Below are positions 9,429 through 21,032 of a stretch of DNA of 64,000 nt, piece by piece (the first letter of the stretch is position 1; each line of letters starts with the position of its first letter). The notes under the pieces are model-generated. The model was not told the origin of the DNA. It made no database searches and worked only from the letters and a program-made list of their open reading frames with translations. The DNA lies in the NCBI GenBank assembly GCA_963748015.1, contig CAVVHE010000006.1, positions 119,032 to 183,031 of the forward strand, in the 5' to 3' direction. Source of the DNA: Terriglobia bacterium (GTDB lineage Bacteria > Acidobacteriota > Polarisedimenticolia > Polarisedimenticolales > JAIQFR01). The position numbers were made by a program, and so were the translations under genes.

Positions 9429-9511
9429 TTCCCGGGCCGGGGACACGGCCCCGGCAATCGCGCCTGTCGACCGAGAGGCGCGATGCCGGGCCGATACGCC
9501 TTGGATGCGCT

Positions 9512-10561
9512 CTAGATCTCCCCGAACTGGAGGATGACCTTGATGTCGTCGGGCCTTCTCTCCAGGGCCTGCGCGAAATTCTCCGGCTTCTCGCGGCGGG
9601 TGATCAGGCGGCCCAGCCAAGCCCGGTCCGCGCGAGCCAGGATGTTCCCGGCCTTGTACCAGTGTCGCTTGTTGGCGTTGACGCTACCCACGATCACGTT
9701 GTTCTTCAGCACCGCGGCCGCGGCGATGTCGGCGCAGGCTGCGGACGTGACCACGCCGCCGTGCCCGACCCCGGTCAGGCACACGATCCCGCTCGACCCG
9801 ATCGCCTGGATCGAGTCGGCGATCACCTGTCCCACCCCGGTGCACTCGATGATGGCGTCCGGCTCGAAGCCGATTGCTTTCACCGAGCCGGAGTGATACG
9901 TCGCACCCAGGGCGCGCACCAGGTCCGGCTTGGGGCCCGATTCCACGCGGTCGAGGACGTGGACGTCCTGGCCGAACAGCTTGGCGCCGAGGGCCGCCAG
10001 AAGGCCGATCGGGCCCGCGCCGGTCACGAGCACGGTCTTCGGCTCCCAGAAGGACCGCCGGCCGATGGTCGCGACCTGTTCGAGGGCCTTCGTGATCACG
10101 GTCGTCGGCTCGAGGAGCACGCCGAGGATGCCCAGGGTGGGGTCGACCTTGATGGCGTACTCGGGCTCGATCCTCCAGCGCTCGGACATGTAGCCGTGGA
10201 TCTCCTTGATCCCGCGCTCGGTGTACTGGCCGTTGCGGCACATGTCCCACTCGCCCACCGCGCAGTTCGGGCAGGGGACCGGATCCGGGCGGCGGACGAT
10301 CCCCACGACCAGGTCGCCCTTCTTGAAGGAACAGGCCGGACCCGGATCGACGACGCGGCCGAGGGATTCGTGCCCCAGCACCAGGCGCGTCGCTCCCGGG
10401 GGCGCCCAGCCGTACTTGCCCTCGACGATCTCGACGTCGGTCCCGCAGACGCCGACGGCCACCGCCTCGACGAGAACCTGGCCTTCATGAACCCCGGGTT
10501 CCGGAAAGGCCTCCCAACGCGCCGATCCGGGATTCCTGGGTTCCACGGTGATGGCTTTCAT
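9512..10561 (-). CDS. Zinc-dependent glucose 1-dehydrogenase (MDR family)
   Basis: GVCGTD, LGHE, VRRPDPVPCPNC...C, ERGIKEIHGYMSE, LLEP, GAGPIG, GSVNAN. Confidence 0.88.
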   Translation of the reverse strand: MKAITVEPRNPGSARWEAFPEPGVHEGQVLVEAVAVGVCGTDVEIVEGKYGWAPPGATRLVLGHESLGRVVDPGPACSFKKGDLVVGIVRRPDPVPCPNCAVGEWDMCRNGQYTERGIKEIHGYMSERWRIEPEYAIKVDPTLGILGVLLEPTTVITKALEQVATIGRRSFWEPKTVLVTGAGPIGLLAALGAKLFGQDVHVLDRVESGPKPDLVRALGATYHSGSVKAIGFEPDAIIECTGVGQVIADSIQAIGSSGIVCLTGVGHGGVVTSAACADIAAAAVLKNNVIVGSVNANKRHWYKAGNILARADRAWLGRLITRREKPENFAQALERRPDDIKVILQFGEI

Positions 10562-10574
10562 ATCGCACTCGCTT

Positions 10575-12054
10575 TCACGACGCGCTCACCCGGAAGAGGT
10601 GGCACTTCCACGCCCCCATTTCGACGTACAGGCCGGCATCTCGCAGGTCGTCCCCGCTCCGGTCGTACACCTCACTCGACAGGACATCGTCGAGGCGCCA
10701 CGTCTTTCCTCTCAACTCATCCCAGGGCACGTGGACCCGGGCCTGGGCGGTTTCTCGTCCGAAATTGACGACGATGAGAAAGCGGTCTCCGTTCTTGACC
10801 CAGCACCAGCTGACGATGTTCTGGCAGCTCTGGTTGTCGGGCCAGCCGCTCCGCTCGCAGAGGCGCCATGTGCCCGTCCGAAAGACGCCGCGGTGGGTCG
10901 CCGTCAGCAAGCGCTCGTAGAAGGCGACCAGATCGCGATCGACCGGCTCTACCGGGCGGCGGCCCAGGAAGACCGGGAGCCTCGCCCTGAACCCTTCGAA
11001 CTGCCCCTCGTGCAGCAGCCTGGCCCCGGGAAGGGTGAGGATGGCCACCGCGGCGGCCCGGCCCTTCTCCCCCGGAAACGCGACGGCGGCCCTGGGCTCG
11101 TCATGGTTCTCGATGAACCGGACCATCCCCTCCTGGTAGGAAAGGTCCGCCAGGAGGTGCAGGCGGACGTTCTCGGCAGAAGCGTGCTCCATGCGGTCGT
11201 AGAGCTTCTTGTCGTAGCAATGATCGAAGCCTTGCTGCTGCAGCTCCCACTCGAGGTCCCAGTAGGCCTCGGCGATGAACCTGAACTCCGGCCACCGCGC
11301 CTTTGTCGCCGCGATGACGGTCGTCCAGTAGTCGTCGACGGGCCTGTCTCCGGCGCGGGCGCCCCAGGTGCGCTCGAAGATGTCGTTCAGCATGAGCATG
11401 GCCATGTCGCAGCGGATGCCGTCGCACTGCCCGGCGATCTCCGAGACGGTCTCGATCACCGCCTTCCGGAGCCCCGGCTGGAAGGCGTTGAGCTGGAGCA
11501 CGTCGGGCCAGGCGGGGAAGAACGGATCGCGTCCGCAGGCGAAAACGTTGCCTCCGGCCTCGAGGAAGGAAGCCGGATCTTTCTCGAGGTCGTTCCTGTC
11601 TCCCCGGACGAAGTACTCCGGGTGCTCGAATACCCAGGGGTGGTCCGGGGCGACATGGTTCGGCACGAAATCGAGGACGAGACGGATGCCGCGCGTCGCG
11701 AGAGCGTCGCGGGCCGCGGCGAGCCCTTCCGGCCCGCCGAGATGCGCGTCGACGACGTAGCGGCGCACGCAGTACGGCGAGCCGACGTTGTCCTCCGCGC
11801 GAGAAGTCGGGGAGGGCCCTCCTGAAGTCCTCGAGGAGGCCCGCGTTGCGCATGGAGATCTCGATGCCGGCGGGGCTCCGCTCCCAGACCCCCATGAACC
11901 AGACGGCGTCGAAGCCACGGGAGGCGATGGCGTCCCACTCCTGATTCGGAACCGTGGCGAGGTCCAAGGGCTGCCGGTATTTCCGGCTCAGCTCGTCGAG
12001 CCACACCCACGTGTTGATCTCGTAGATCACGGGATTGGTCGGCCACGGTTCCAT
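10575..12054 (-). CDS. GH13 alpha-amylase-family glycosidase; one frameshift near 11800
   Basis: N-terminus IYEINTWVW...WFMGVW in one frame, continuing as [36 protein letters not shown] in another. Confidence 0.85.
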
Positions 12055-12072
12055 GTCGCCCTCCCGCCGGAT

Positions 12073-14832
12073 TCAGGAAACGGGCTCCCCCGTGCCCTTT
12101 CGGGCACCCTGAACGAACGCGGCCTGCTTGCCCACCTCCAGGGCGCGCTTGGCATCCAGAAGGCCGTAGAGCTCGATGAGCTTGGCCACGAGCCCCGGTC
12201 CAGCCGGTCTGGTGACTGGCGCCCAGCCCCGCGCCGTTGTCGCCGTGGAAGTACTCGTAGAAGAGGATGTGGTCGCGCCAGTGGGGATCGGTCTGGAACT
12301 TCTCGGTGCCGCCGTAGACCGGGCGCCGGCCATGCTCGTCGCGGGTGAAGGTGCTGGTGAGCCGGTCGGCGATCTCCTTGCTCACCTCGAAGAGGTTCAT
12401 CATTCTTCCCGATCCCGTCGGGCACTCGATCTTGAAGTTGTCGCCGTAGTACAGGTAGAAGTTCTGCAGCGCCCGGATGATCAGCGCGTTCACCGGCATC
12501 CAGACGGGGCCCCGCCAGTTGGAGTTGCCGCCGAACATGCCGGTGTTCGACTCGGCCGGCAGGTAGTCCACCCGGTACTCCTGGCCGTTGCACGTGGAGG
12601 ACGTACGGGTTCCGCTCGTGGAACTTCGAGATCGAGCGGATGCCGTGGGGACCCAGGAACTCGTTCTCGTCGAGCATCTTCGTCAGGATCCGGCGGAGCC
12701 GCTCCGGGTTGACGCAGGGCCAGGATCCCCCGCTCGGCGACGCCGAGATGTCCCGGGCCGGTGGGGTGGATGGTCATCCATGAGCTCGGGCATGCGGCGC
12801 AGGCGTTCGTAGATCCCGGTCATCGCCCTCGGGATGCGCTCCCGCTGCGACTTCTCGATCACCGTGGTGGCGCAGAGGGGCAGGAGCCCCACCAGGGAAC
12901 GCACCTTGAGCCGCGTGGCGCTGCCGTCGGGGAGCCGCAGGATGTCGTAGTAGAAGCCGTCCTCCTCGTCCCACATGCCGTCCTGGCCGGGGCGGTTCAT
13001 GGCGGCGGCGATGTAGTAGAAGTGCTCCGACGAACTTGAAGACCATGTCCTCGTAGATGGGGTCGTGGGCGGCGAGCTCGACCGCGAGCTCCAGCATGTT
13101 CTGGCTGAAGAGGGCCATCCACGCCGTGCCGTCCGCCTGCTCGAGGTGGCCGCCGGTGGGAAGCGGGGCGCTGCGGTCGAAGACGCCGATGTTGTCGAGG
13201 CCGAGGAAGCCGCCCTCGAAGACGTTCTTGCCGAAGCGGTCCTTGCGGTTGACCCACCAGGTGAAGTTCAGCAGGAGCTTGTTGAAGGTCGACTTGAGGA
13301 AATCGAGGTCCACCTCGCCGCGCAGGGCCTGCTCGGTGCGGTGCAGGAAGAGCGTCGCGAAGGCGTGGACCGGGGGGTTCACGTCGCTGAAGTTCCACTC
13401 GTAGGCGGGCATCTGGCCGTTGGGGTGCAGGTAGGCGCCCGCGGAGCATCAGCTCCATCTGCTCCTTGGCGAAGTCGGGGTCCACGATCGAGAGCGGTAG
13501 CGTGTGGAAGGCCAGGTCCCAGGCCGCGTACCACGGGTACTCCCACTTGTCGGGCATGGAGATGATGTCCTCGTTCAGCATGTGGAACCACTCCGAGTTC
13601 CGGGCAGCTCGATATCCCGTGTGGAGCGGGTTGGAGTTGTGCTCGTCCAGCCAGTTGTCGCCGTCGAAGAAGAAGAACTGCTTGCTCCAGAGCATGCCGG
13701 CGAGGGCCTGGCGCATCACGTTGGCCGCGTCCTCGCTCACGGACGGCGGCGTGACCGACTTGTAGAACTCGTCGGCCTCGCGGAGCCTGTCGGCGAAGAC
13801 GTCGTCGAACGGCTTCCCGAAGGGCTTGCCTTTCGGGCCCGCGGACGGCCTTGGAGAGCCGCAGGCGGATCACCTTGCTCTGGCCGGCGCCGACAGGCGA
13901 CGTGGTAGTGCGCCGCGACCTTGGTGCCCTTGCTGGCCTGGGTTCACCGCGCCCTGGTTGCCGTGCACCACGCAGTCGTTGATGCCGTCCTTGACGTAGG
14001 GGCTCTCGTTCTTCTGCCCGGGAAAGAGCAGCTCGTGGTTCGTCTCGTTCTCGGTGAAGAGCAGCGGCACGTCGCCTTCGCAGGAGAGGATGAACTCGCC
14101 GAGCAGCGGATGCGTGGCCGCAACCGCGCTCGTGCCCGCCGTGCCCTCGATCTGCTCGAGGCTCGGCTTCCGGGCGGCGCGGTTGGATTCGGCGATCCAC
14201 GCCGACCAGTCGTTCCGGAACCACAGCGTCGGCAGAAGGTGCAGCTCGGCCGCGTCCGGTCCCCGGTTGGCCGCCGTGATCTTCACCAGGATGTCCTCGG
14301 CGCCGCCCTTGGCGTACTCCACGAAGACGTCGAAGTACCGGTCGTCGTCGAAGACGCCGGTGTCGAGCAGCTCGTACTCCATCTCGTTGCGAGTGCGGCG
14401 CCGGTTCGTCTCCACCAGGTCGGCGTAGGGATAAGGCGCCTGCGGGTACTTGTAGAGGTACTTCATGTACGAGTGGGTCGGCGTGCTGTCGAGGTAGAAG
14501 TAGTACTCCTTCACGTCCTCGCCGTGGTTCCCCTCGCTGTTGGTCAATCCGAAGAGCCGCTCCTTGAGGATCGGGTCCTTCCCGTTCCACAGGGCCAGCG
14601 CGAAGCAGAGGCGCTGCTTGTCGTCGGAGATGCCGGCCAGCCCGTCCTCGCCCCAGCGGTAGGCGCGCGAGCGGGCCTGATCGTGGGTGAAGAAATTCCA
14701 GGCGTCGCCGTTCTCGCTGTAGTCCTCGCGGACCGTTCCCCACTGGCGCTCGCTGAGGTAGGGCCCCCATTTCTTCCAGTCGATCTTCCGCTCGCGGGCC
14801 TCTTCGAGCCTGAGCTGTTCGGCTGTCTTCAT
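12073..14832 (-). CDS. MGH1-like GH63 glucosidase, broken by multiple frameshifts (probably sequence errors)
   Basis: [112 protein letters not shown] occur in order across shifting frames. Confidence 0.88.
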
Positions 14833-14959
14833 GACCTTACTCCTCTCGTCCCGGGACGTTCGACAGCGGGCCTCTCCCGGACTCGCAATGCGGAAGGCCG
14901 AAACCTCTGCTCTGCGACCCTGCCTGGCGCGATGCGTGTCGTTGCCCGGCCTTGAAGCG

Positions 14960-15005
14960 ATTCTAGTCGCGTTTCGGAGGGAGCTGGCCTAGTAAAGTTA
15001 CGAGG
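14960..15005 (-). promoter_or_regulatory. Putative activator-dependent promoter of the glucosidase-amylase-glucose dehydrogenase operon
   Basis: Palindrome CCTAGTA-AAGT-TACGAGG at 14988-15005; -10 TAGAAT at 14965-14960; weaker second half-site (GAAC-TACGATG) ending at 15028. Confidence 0.65.
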
Positions 15006-15120
15006 TCGTCCGCCTGGGAACTACGATGCTACCCCGGGTAGGAGGGGGAATGTGGGGTGGAGGGGCGTCACGTTCGGGACGGGTGAAAGAGCTTGGTTCC
15101 CGGCGCGATCGGCGGGGGTC

Positions 15121-15882
15121 TTACTTGCAGCGGCCGAAGCAGGCGAACGGCGGAGAGAACAGCATGACGCCGAACTCGATTCCCGGACCGCTCGAGCCGC
15201 TGAACTCGGCGCCATAGGTAATCGCGAAGACGGCATACGGGTTCGGCTCCCAGCGCACGCCGGCCCGGTATTGCGGGGGGGACCCCGCCTCGCCCTTCGC
15301 ACCATAGATCTCCCCGACGAGCGACCATCGCGGGTTGACGGGGTACCACGCCAGGCGGGTGCAGTAGGTGAAATCCCAGGACGTTTCCTCTTCCTCTCCG
15401 TAGTTACGGGTCACACTCACGCCCGGCGTGACGTCCCAGGACAGCTTGTCGCGGAGGAACGGCACGGTCAGGGGGGTATTCACCCAGTAGGTCTGGAACG
15501 CATCGTTCGTCCTGGCGTCCACGTCCAGGTAGCCCGGGAACATGCCGGTGCCGAACTTGACCGCCATGCCGCCGGTCTTCGCCTTGTTCTCGTAGAACAT
15601 GTACTTGGCATACAGCGAATTCGAGTACCCGTCGTTGGTCGTCGGGTCGTTGTCGTCGTTGTAGAAGTACCCGGATACGGTGAACTCCCATTTGGGAAAG
15701 AGCGAAAACGTGGTCATCAACATCGAGTTTCGTTGACCCACGGTGGGGATGATCGTCACCGTGCCGTGGGGTTTGGACAGCCAGCTGTCGGAGTTGAACT
15801 GCTGGGCCTGGGCCGGAGCAAACGTCAGGGCCACCGAGAGGAACAGCGTTGCAAAGGCGATTCTCGATACGTGGAGTCGCAT
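15121..15882 (-). CDS. Secreted/outer-membrane hypothetical protein
   Basis: Signal peptide ending AQAQQ; aromatic beta-strand pattern; C-terminal FSPPFACFGRCK. Confidence 0.72.
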   Translation of the reverse strand: MRLHVSRIAFATLFLSVALTFAPAQAQQFNSDSWLSKPHGTVTIIPTVGQRNSMLMTTFSLFPKWEFTVSGYFYNDDNDPTTNDGYSNSLYAKYMFYENKAKTGGMAVKFGTGMFPGYLDVDARTNDAFQTYWVNTPLTVPFLRDKLSWDVTPGVSVTRNYGEEEETSWDFTYCTRLAWYPVNPRWSLVGEIYGAKGEAGSPPQYRAGVRWEPNPYAVFAITYGAEFSGSSGPGIEFGVMLFSPPFACFGRCK

Positions 15883-15980
15883 GTAGTTCCCGTCTGCAGT
15901 CACGTTGAACCGGAAGGTCCCTACCACCCTTAGCTCGACCAAGCCGGTGGTCATGGGTGCCGGCTCCTGACGGCGAGAGA

Positions 15981-16026
15981 ATGTTAGACGAGCCGCGGAG
16001 GCTCGTGACCTCGTAAAACTACGGGG
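15981..16026 (-). promoter_or_regulatory. Putative activator-dependent promoter directly downstream of the NarL-type regulator gene
   Basis: Palindrome CCTCGTA-AAAC-TACGGGG at 16009-16026; -10 TAACAT at 15986-15981. Confidence 0.68.
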
Positions 16027-16065
16027 CTCGTCACCGGGCACTCGCGAGGCCTCCGGGCGGAAGGG

Positions 16066-16713
<648 letters not shown>

Positions 16714-16717
<4 letters not shown>

Positions 16718-18699
16718 CGCGACCCTCCTTCCACGGGGACCCAGGCGACGACCGCCGTGCCCCGGCCGGGCGCGCTCTCGACGTCGAGCGTGCCGTTCAC
16801 CAGTCGCAAACGCTCGCGCATGCTCGCCAGGCCGAGGCTCCGCCCCTGTCTCGGATTTCCCGGATCGAAGCCGGCACCGTCGTCGCGGACGGCGAGGAGC
16901 AGGCCGCCGTCCATTTGCCGTAGAACCACGCTCGCGCTGCTCGCACCGGCGTGACGGATCGCGTTGTTCAGGGCCTCCTGCGCCACGCGGAACAGGCAGA
17001 GCGCCGCGTCCCTCGGGACGACCGCGGGTAGCGGGTCGAGCTCCAGCGAGAGCCGGACACCGCCGCGGCGTCCGGTCCGCTCGCATTCCGTCCTCAAAGC
17101 CTCGGCCAGGCCGAGCTCCTCGAGGACCGACGGGTGAAGCTGGTACGCCAGGGAATGGATGTCCTCGCTGAGACGCACGAGCCCCTCGCGGACCGTGCGC
17201 ATCGTGTCGGCCTGCGCCCCGCCGGTCGCGGCCAGCTCGGCGCGGCCGACGTCGATCGCCAGCACGGCAAGCCGCTGCGTCACGTCGTCGTGGAGCTCGC
17301 GCGCGAGCAGCGCGCGCTCGTCCTCGTGGGCCCGGATCAGGCGCTGGGAGAGGTCGCGCAGCTCCTCCTCGGCTCGCTTGCGCTCCGTGACGTCGCGGAG
17401 GACACCGAAGGTGCGGATCGCGCGCCCGGTGGCGTCGCGCGTGCCCGCGCCCGCCAGGTGCTGGATCCACCGCTCCCCGCGGGCCGGATGCAGGTAGCGA
17501 TACTCGCAGGATAGCCGGTCCAGTCTGCCGTCGTGCAGCTGCCGGCGCAGGTCCAGCACGCGTGGGCGATCGTCGGGATGCAGATGCTCCAACCAGAAGT
17601 CCAGGGCCTGGAGGCCGTGCTCCCGTTCCGGCGGGACGCCGCAGAGGTCGCGGAGCCTGTGGTCGACGTACGTGACGCCCTCGCCGAAGTCCACCTCGTA
17701 GAACGCGAGGCCGGCGAGGTCGGCGCCCGCCGCCAGGCGAGCCTCGCTCGTCCGAAGCGCCTCCTCGGCACGCCTGCGCTCGGTGATGTCGATGGAGACC
17801 CCCGTCAGCCGCTCCGGGTCGCCTTCGGGCGTGCGCTGGGGTCGTCCGCGCGAGGCGATCCACCGCACGCGGCCGTCGCGGAGCAAGATCCGGTAGTCCA
17901 CGTCGATGGGGTCGCCCGCGCGCGCGGACCGCTCGATGGCTCCCCGAACGAGATCCCAGTCGCCGGGATGGACCGATTCCTCGAAACGCTCCATGCTGAC
18001 GACCTCGTCCGACGTGTACCCGAAGATCGCCCGGGCCCTCTCCGTGACCCAGAACGCGCCCGTCCGCAGGTCGAGGGTCCAGAGCCCCGCCTCGGCGGAG
18101 TCCGCCGCCAGGGCCAGGCGCTCCTCGCTCTCCTGCAAGCGCAGTTCGCGGCGCCTGCGGGCGAGGGCGTTGGTGATGACCTGCGCGACCAGTTGCAGCC
18201 TCCTCACCACCGCGTCCGGCCAATCGCGCCTCTCCCGCATGGTGTTCAGACCCAGGACGCCGACGGGTGGCTCGCCCCCCACCGTGAGGGGGAGGGTCAA
18301 GTTCGACTTGACGCCGAGAAGGCGAGCATTCTCGAGGTCCACGGCGGCCTCCGCCGGGAACTCCTCCAACGACGAGATGGCAACCGTGCGGCCGGCCATC
18401 ATCTGCCGTAGGTACCAGGGGAACTGTTCCTGGCTCAGCGGCCCGGGAGGCGGCTGACCTTGCTCCGACACGTGGAAGTGGGTGGGCGCGAGGGTATCGG
18501 GAGCCGCGCTCGACCATTGCCAGAGCACTGCGAAATCCAGGCCGAGGAACTGGCAGACACGACGTAGAGCATCCTCGATCTCGCGGTCCACCGCGTCGGG
18601 AGGCAGGTTGATGAAGCGAGAGGAGAGGTCGGAGATCAGCGTCTCGAACTCGAGACGGCTCTCGAGGGCGTCGGCGGAAGGGTGCGTGTGACTATCCAT
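16714..18699 (-). CDS. Cytoplasmic GAF-PAS-PAS sensor histidine kinase (HisKA_3 type)
   Basis: N-terminal GAF-like region, two PAS/PAC units (VHPGDW...RWIASRG; LHPDD...RWIQH), ARELHDDVTQ, QEALNNAIRHA, DDGAGFD, GLASMRER; no TM helix. Confidence 0.92.
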
Positions 18700-18846
18700 C
18701 AGCGGTCCGCCCAGTGACGGGAATGGGTCCACTCGGCCCCAATTGTCGCACCGAATTCCACGTTCGCCCAAGCGCCGTCGACGGGGCCCGGCGCGGCATC
18801 GCCGGCTCTGCGCTTCGCGCGGACGATGGTCGCCGAAGAGCCGCGT

Positions 18847-19536
18847 CTACACGACGGTCCCGAACAGCTTCCCGAGCAGGGCCGTGCAGCCCATGGCGAC
18901 CGCTCCCCAGAACGCGACGCGAAGGGCGCCCCGCAACGGCGGGGCGGCGCCGAGCCGGGCCGCCAGCCAACCGAGGGCGAGGAGCAGGAGGAGCGAGCTT
19001 CCCGCGACGACGCGGGTCAGGAGCGGGACCGGGACGAGCAGGACCAGAAACAGCGGGAGCGCGGCGCCAACGGCGAACGCCGCCGCGGACGCCAACGCCG
19101 CCTGGACCGGGCGGGCCCGGGTAGTTTCCGACATCCCGAGCTCGTCTCGCGCGTGCGCGGCCAGGGCATCGTGAGCCGACATCTGGTCGACGACCTGGGC
19201 CGCGAGGTCGGGGGTGAGGCCGCGAGCGACGTAGATCGCCACGAGCTCGGCCCGCTCGGCCTCCGGGGCGGTGGCCAGCTCGCGGCGTTCCCGGGCGAGA
19301 TCGGCTTCCTCGGTGTCCGCCTGGGAGCTCACCGAGACGTACTCCCCGGCGGCCATGGAGAGCGCGCCCGCGACGAGGCCGGCGGAGGCGGCCAGGAGGA
19401 CCGGGCCGCGTGTCGCCTGGGCCGCCGCGACGCCGACCACCAGGCTGCTCGTCGAGATGAGGCCGTCATTGGCTCCCAGGACGGCGGCGCGCAGCCAGCC
19501 GATGTGCTCGGTGCGGTGAAGCTCGACGTGTCGCAT
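18847..19536 (-). CDS. VIT1/CCC1 family Fe2+/Mn2+ transporter
   Basis: GWLRAAVLGANDG, AGALSMAAGEYVSVSSQAD, AHARDELG. Confidence 0.93.
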   Translation of the reverse strand: MRHVELHRTEHIGWLRAAVLGANDGLISTSSLVVGVAAAQATRGPVLLAASAGLVAGALSMAAGEYVSVSSQADTEEADLARERRELATAPEAERAELVAIYVARGLTPDLAAQVVDQMSAHDALAAHARDELGMSETTRARPVQAALASAAAFAVGAALPLFLVLLVPVPLLTRVVAGSSLLLLLALGWLAARLGAAPPLRGALRVAFWGAVAMGCTALLGKLFGTVV

Positions 19537-19577
19537 CGGCTCCAGTCTAATCGAATCAACCGCGCCGGTTGCCCCTT

Positions 19578-19583
19578 TATAAT
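19578..19583 (+). promoter_or_regulatory. Consensus -10 (TATAAT) in the divergent VIT1 / gnd intergenic region
   Basis: Exact TATAAT in a very GC-rich context, about 50 nt upstream of the AGGAG-preceded ATG at 19635. Confidence 0.5.
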
Positions 19584-19634
19584 GACCCCGATCGCGGGAC
19601 GACCCGAAACATGGCGAGAGCAAGGAGAAGACCG

Positions 19635-19763
19635 ATGCGCAAGATAATCGCGGTTTCGATGATGGCGGGAGCGGTGTTTCTGGGAAGCGGACAGGTTCCG
19701 GCGGCGGAGACGCCGGCCATGGAGACGCTCACCGACGGCCTCAAGAAGGCCTGCAACAAGTAG
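19635..19763 (+). CDS. 42-aa peptide with a signal sequence, probably the truncated N-terminus of a secreted protein
   Basis: AGGAG RBS, ATG, MRKIIAVSMMAGAVFLGSGQVPAA then ETPAMETLTDGLKKACNK*. Confidence 0.5.
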   Translation: MRKIIAVSMMAGAVFLGSGQVPAAETPAMETLTDGLKKACNK

Positions 19764-19799
19764 CACGCGGGGAGGTCGGTGGGGAGGGGGAGGGGCGCC

Positions 19800-20816
19800 A
19801 TGCAGCTAGGGATGATCGGACTTGGACGGATGGGGGCGAACATGGTCCGCCGGCTGATCGGCGGCGGCCACGAATGCGTCGTGTTCGACATGTCGCCGAA
19901 GGCGGTCGCGGAGCTCGCGAAAGACCAGGCGGTCGGCGCGTCTTCGATGGCGGATTTCGTGGCGAAGCTCTCGAAGCCCCGCGCGATCTGGCTCATGGTT
20001 CCGGCGGCCGTCGTGGACAAGGCGATCGCCGACCTCCTCCCTCTCCTCGCGAAGGGGGACGTCCTGATCGACGGCGGCAACTCGTATTACGTGGACGACA
20101 TCCGGCGGGCGAAGGAGCTGGCCGCGAAGGGGATCCACTACGTGGACGTCGGCACGAGCGGCGGCGTCTGGGGGCTCGAGCGGGGCTACTGCATGATGAT
20201 CGGCGGCGAGGAGGCCATCGTGAAGCGCCTCGACCCGATCTTGAAGCGCCTCGCCCCCGGGCGCGGCGACGTGCCGCGGACGCCCGGGCGCGGGAACGCC
20301 GGCGGCACTTCCGAGGAGGGGTACCTCCATTGCGGTCCGAACGGCGCGGGCCACTTCGTCAAGATGGTCCACAACGGCATCGAGTACGGCCTCATGGCGG
20401 CCTACGCCGAGGGGCTGAACATCCTGAAGCACGCCAACGTGGGCAAGAACGGGCGCGAGGTGGACGCCGAGACGACGCCGCTCCGCAACCCCGAGCACTA
20501 CCAGTACGACCTGAATATCCCCGAGATCGCGGAGGTCTGGCGGCGCGGGAGCGTCGTCGCCTCGTGGCTGCTCGATCTGACGGCGAGCGCTCTCATCGAG
20601 TCCCCGGACCTGGGGGAGTTCTCGGGGCGCGTGTCGGATTCGGGAGAGGGACGCTGGACCATCCTGGCGGCGATCGACGAGGGGGTGCCGGCCGAGGTCC
20701 TCACGGCCTCCCTCTACGAGCGGTTCTCGTCGCGCGGAGAGGCGGAGTTCCAGAACAAGCTGCTGTCCGCGATGCGATTCCAGTTCGGCGGGCATCACGA
20801 GAAGCCCGCGAGGTGA
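19800..20816 (+). CDS. gnd: Decarboxylating 6-phosphogluconate dehydrogenase (short YqeC-type)
   Basis: [55 protein letters not shown]. Confidence 0.95.
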   Translation: MQLGMIGLGRMGANMVRRLIGGGHECVVFDMSPKAVAELAKDQAVGASSMADFVAKLSKPRAIWLMVPAAVVDKAIADLLPLLAKGDVLIDGGNSYYVDDIRRAKELAAKGIHYVDVGTSGGVWGLERGYCMMIGGEEAIVKRLDPILKRLAPGRGDVPRTPGRGNAGGTSEEGYLHCGPNGAGHFVKMVHNGIEYGLMAAYAEGLNILKHANVGKNGREVDAETTPLRNPEHYQYDLNIPEIAEVWRRGSVVASWLLDLTASALIESPDLGEFSGRVSDSGEGRWTILAAIDEGVPAEVLTASLYERFSSRGEAEFQNKLLSAMRFQFGGHHEKPAR

Positions 20817-20826
20817 GGAGAACGCG

Positions 20827-21023
20827 ATGATCCCGCCCCGGTCATCGGCGTGGCCAAGGCAGACCGGAATCTCGACCGGCTGAAAGCCCGGGTGAAGGAA
20901 CTGGGGGGGGCGCAAAGAGGCCGGAACCCCGTCTTCCCTCACGAACCGCAATACTCGGGACGAACGGAAGTCGAGCGCGTCACGCCCCCCGACGGGTGGC
21001 ATGACCCGGTCATGAATCGATAG
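20827..21023 (+). pseudogene. zwf: Internally deleted relic of glucose-6-phosphate dehydrogenase
   Basis: GAGGAG + ATG; segment PVIGVAKADRNLDRLKARVKELGG (Zwf N-terminal-like) and segment PVFPHEP...EVERVTPPDGWHDPVMNR* (Zwf C-terminal-like); lies between gnd and pgl. Confidence 0.68.
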
Positions 21024-21032
21024 GGAGGTGTT

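Noticed and set aside
12073..14832. Programmed frameshifting or phase variation in the glucosidase
   Set aside because: Too many breaks, no consistent slippery sequences, and the same single-base pattern occurs in unrelated genes; sequence error is simpler
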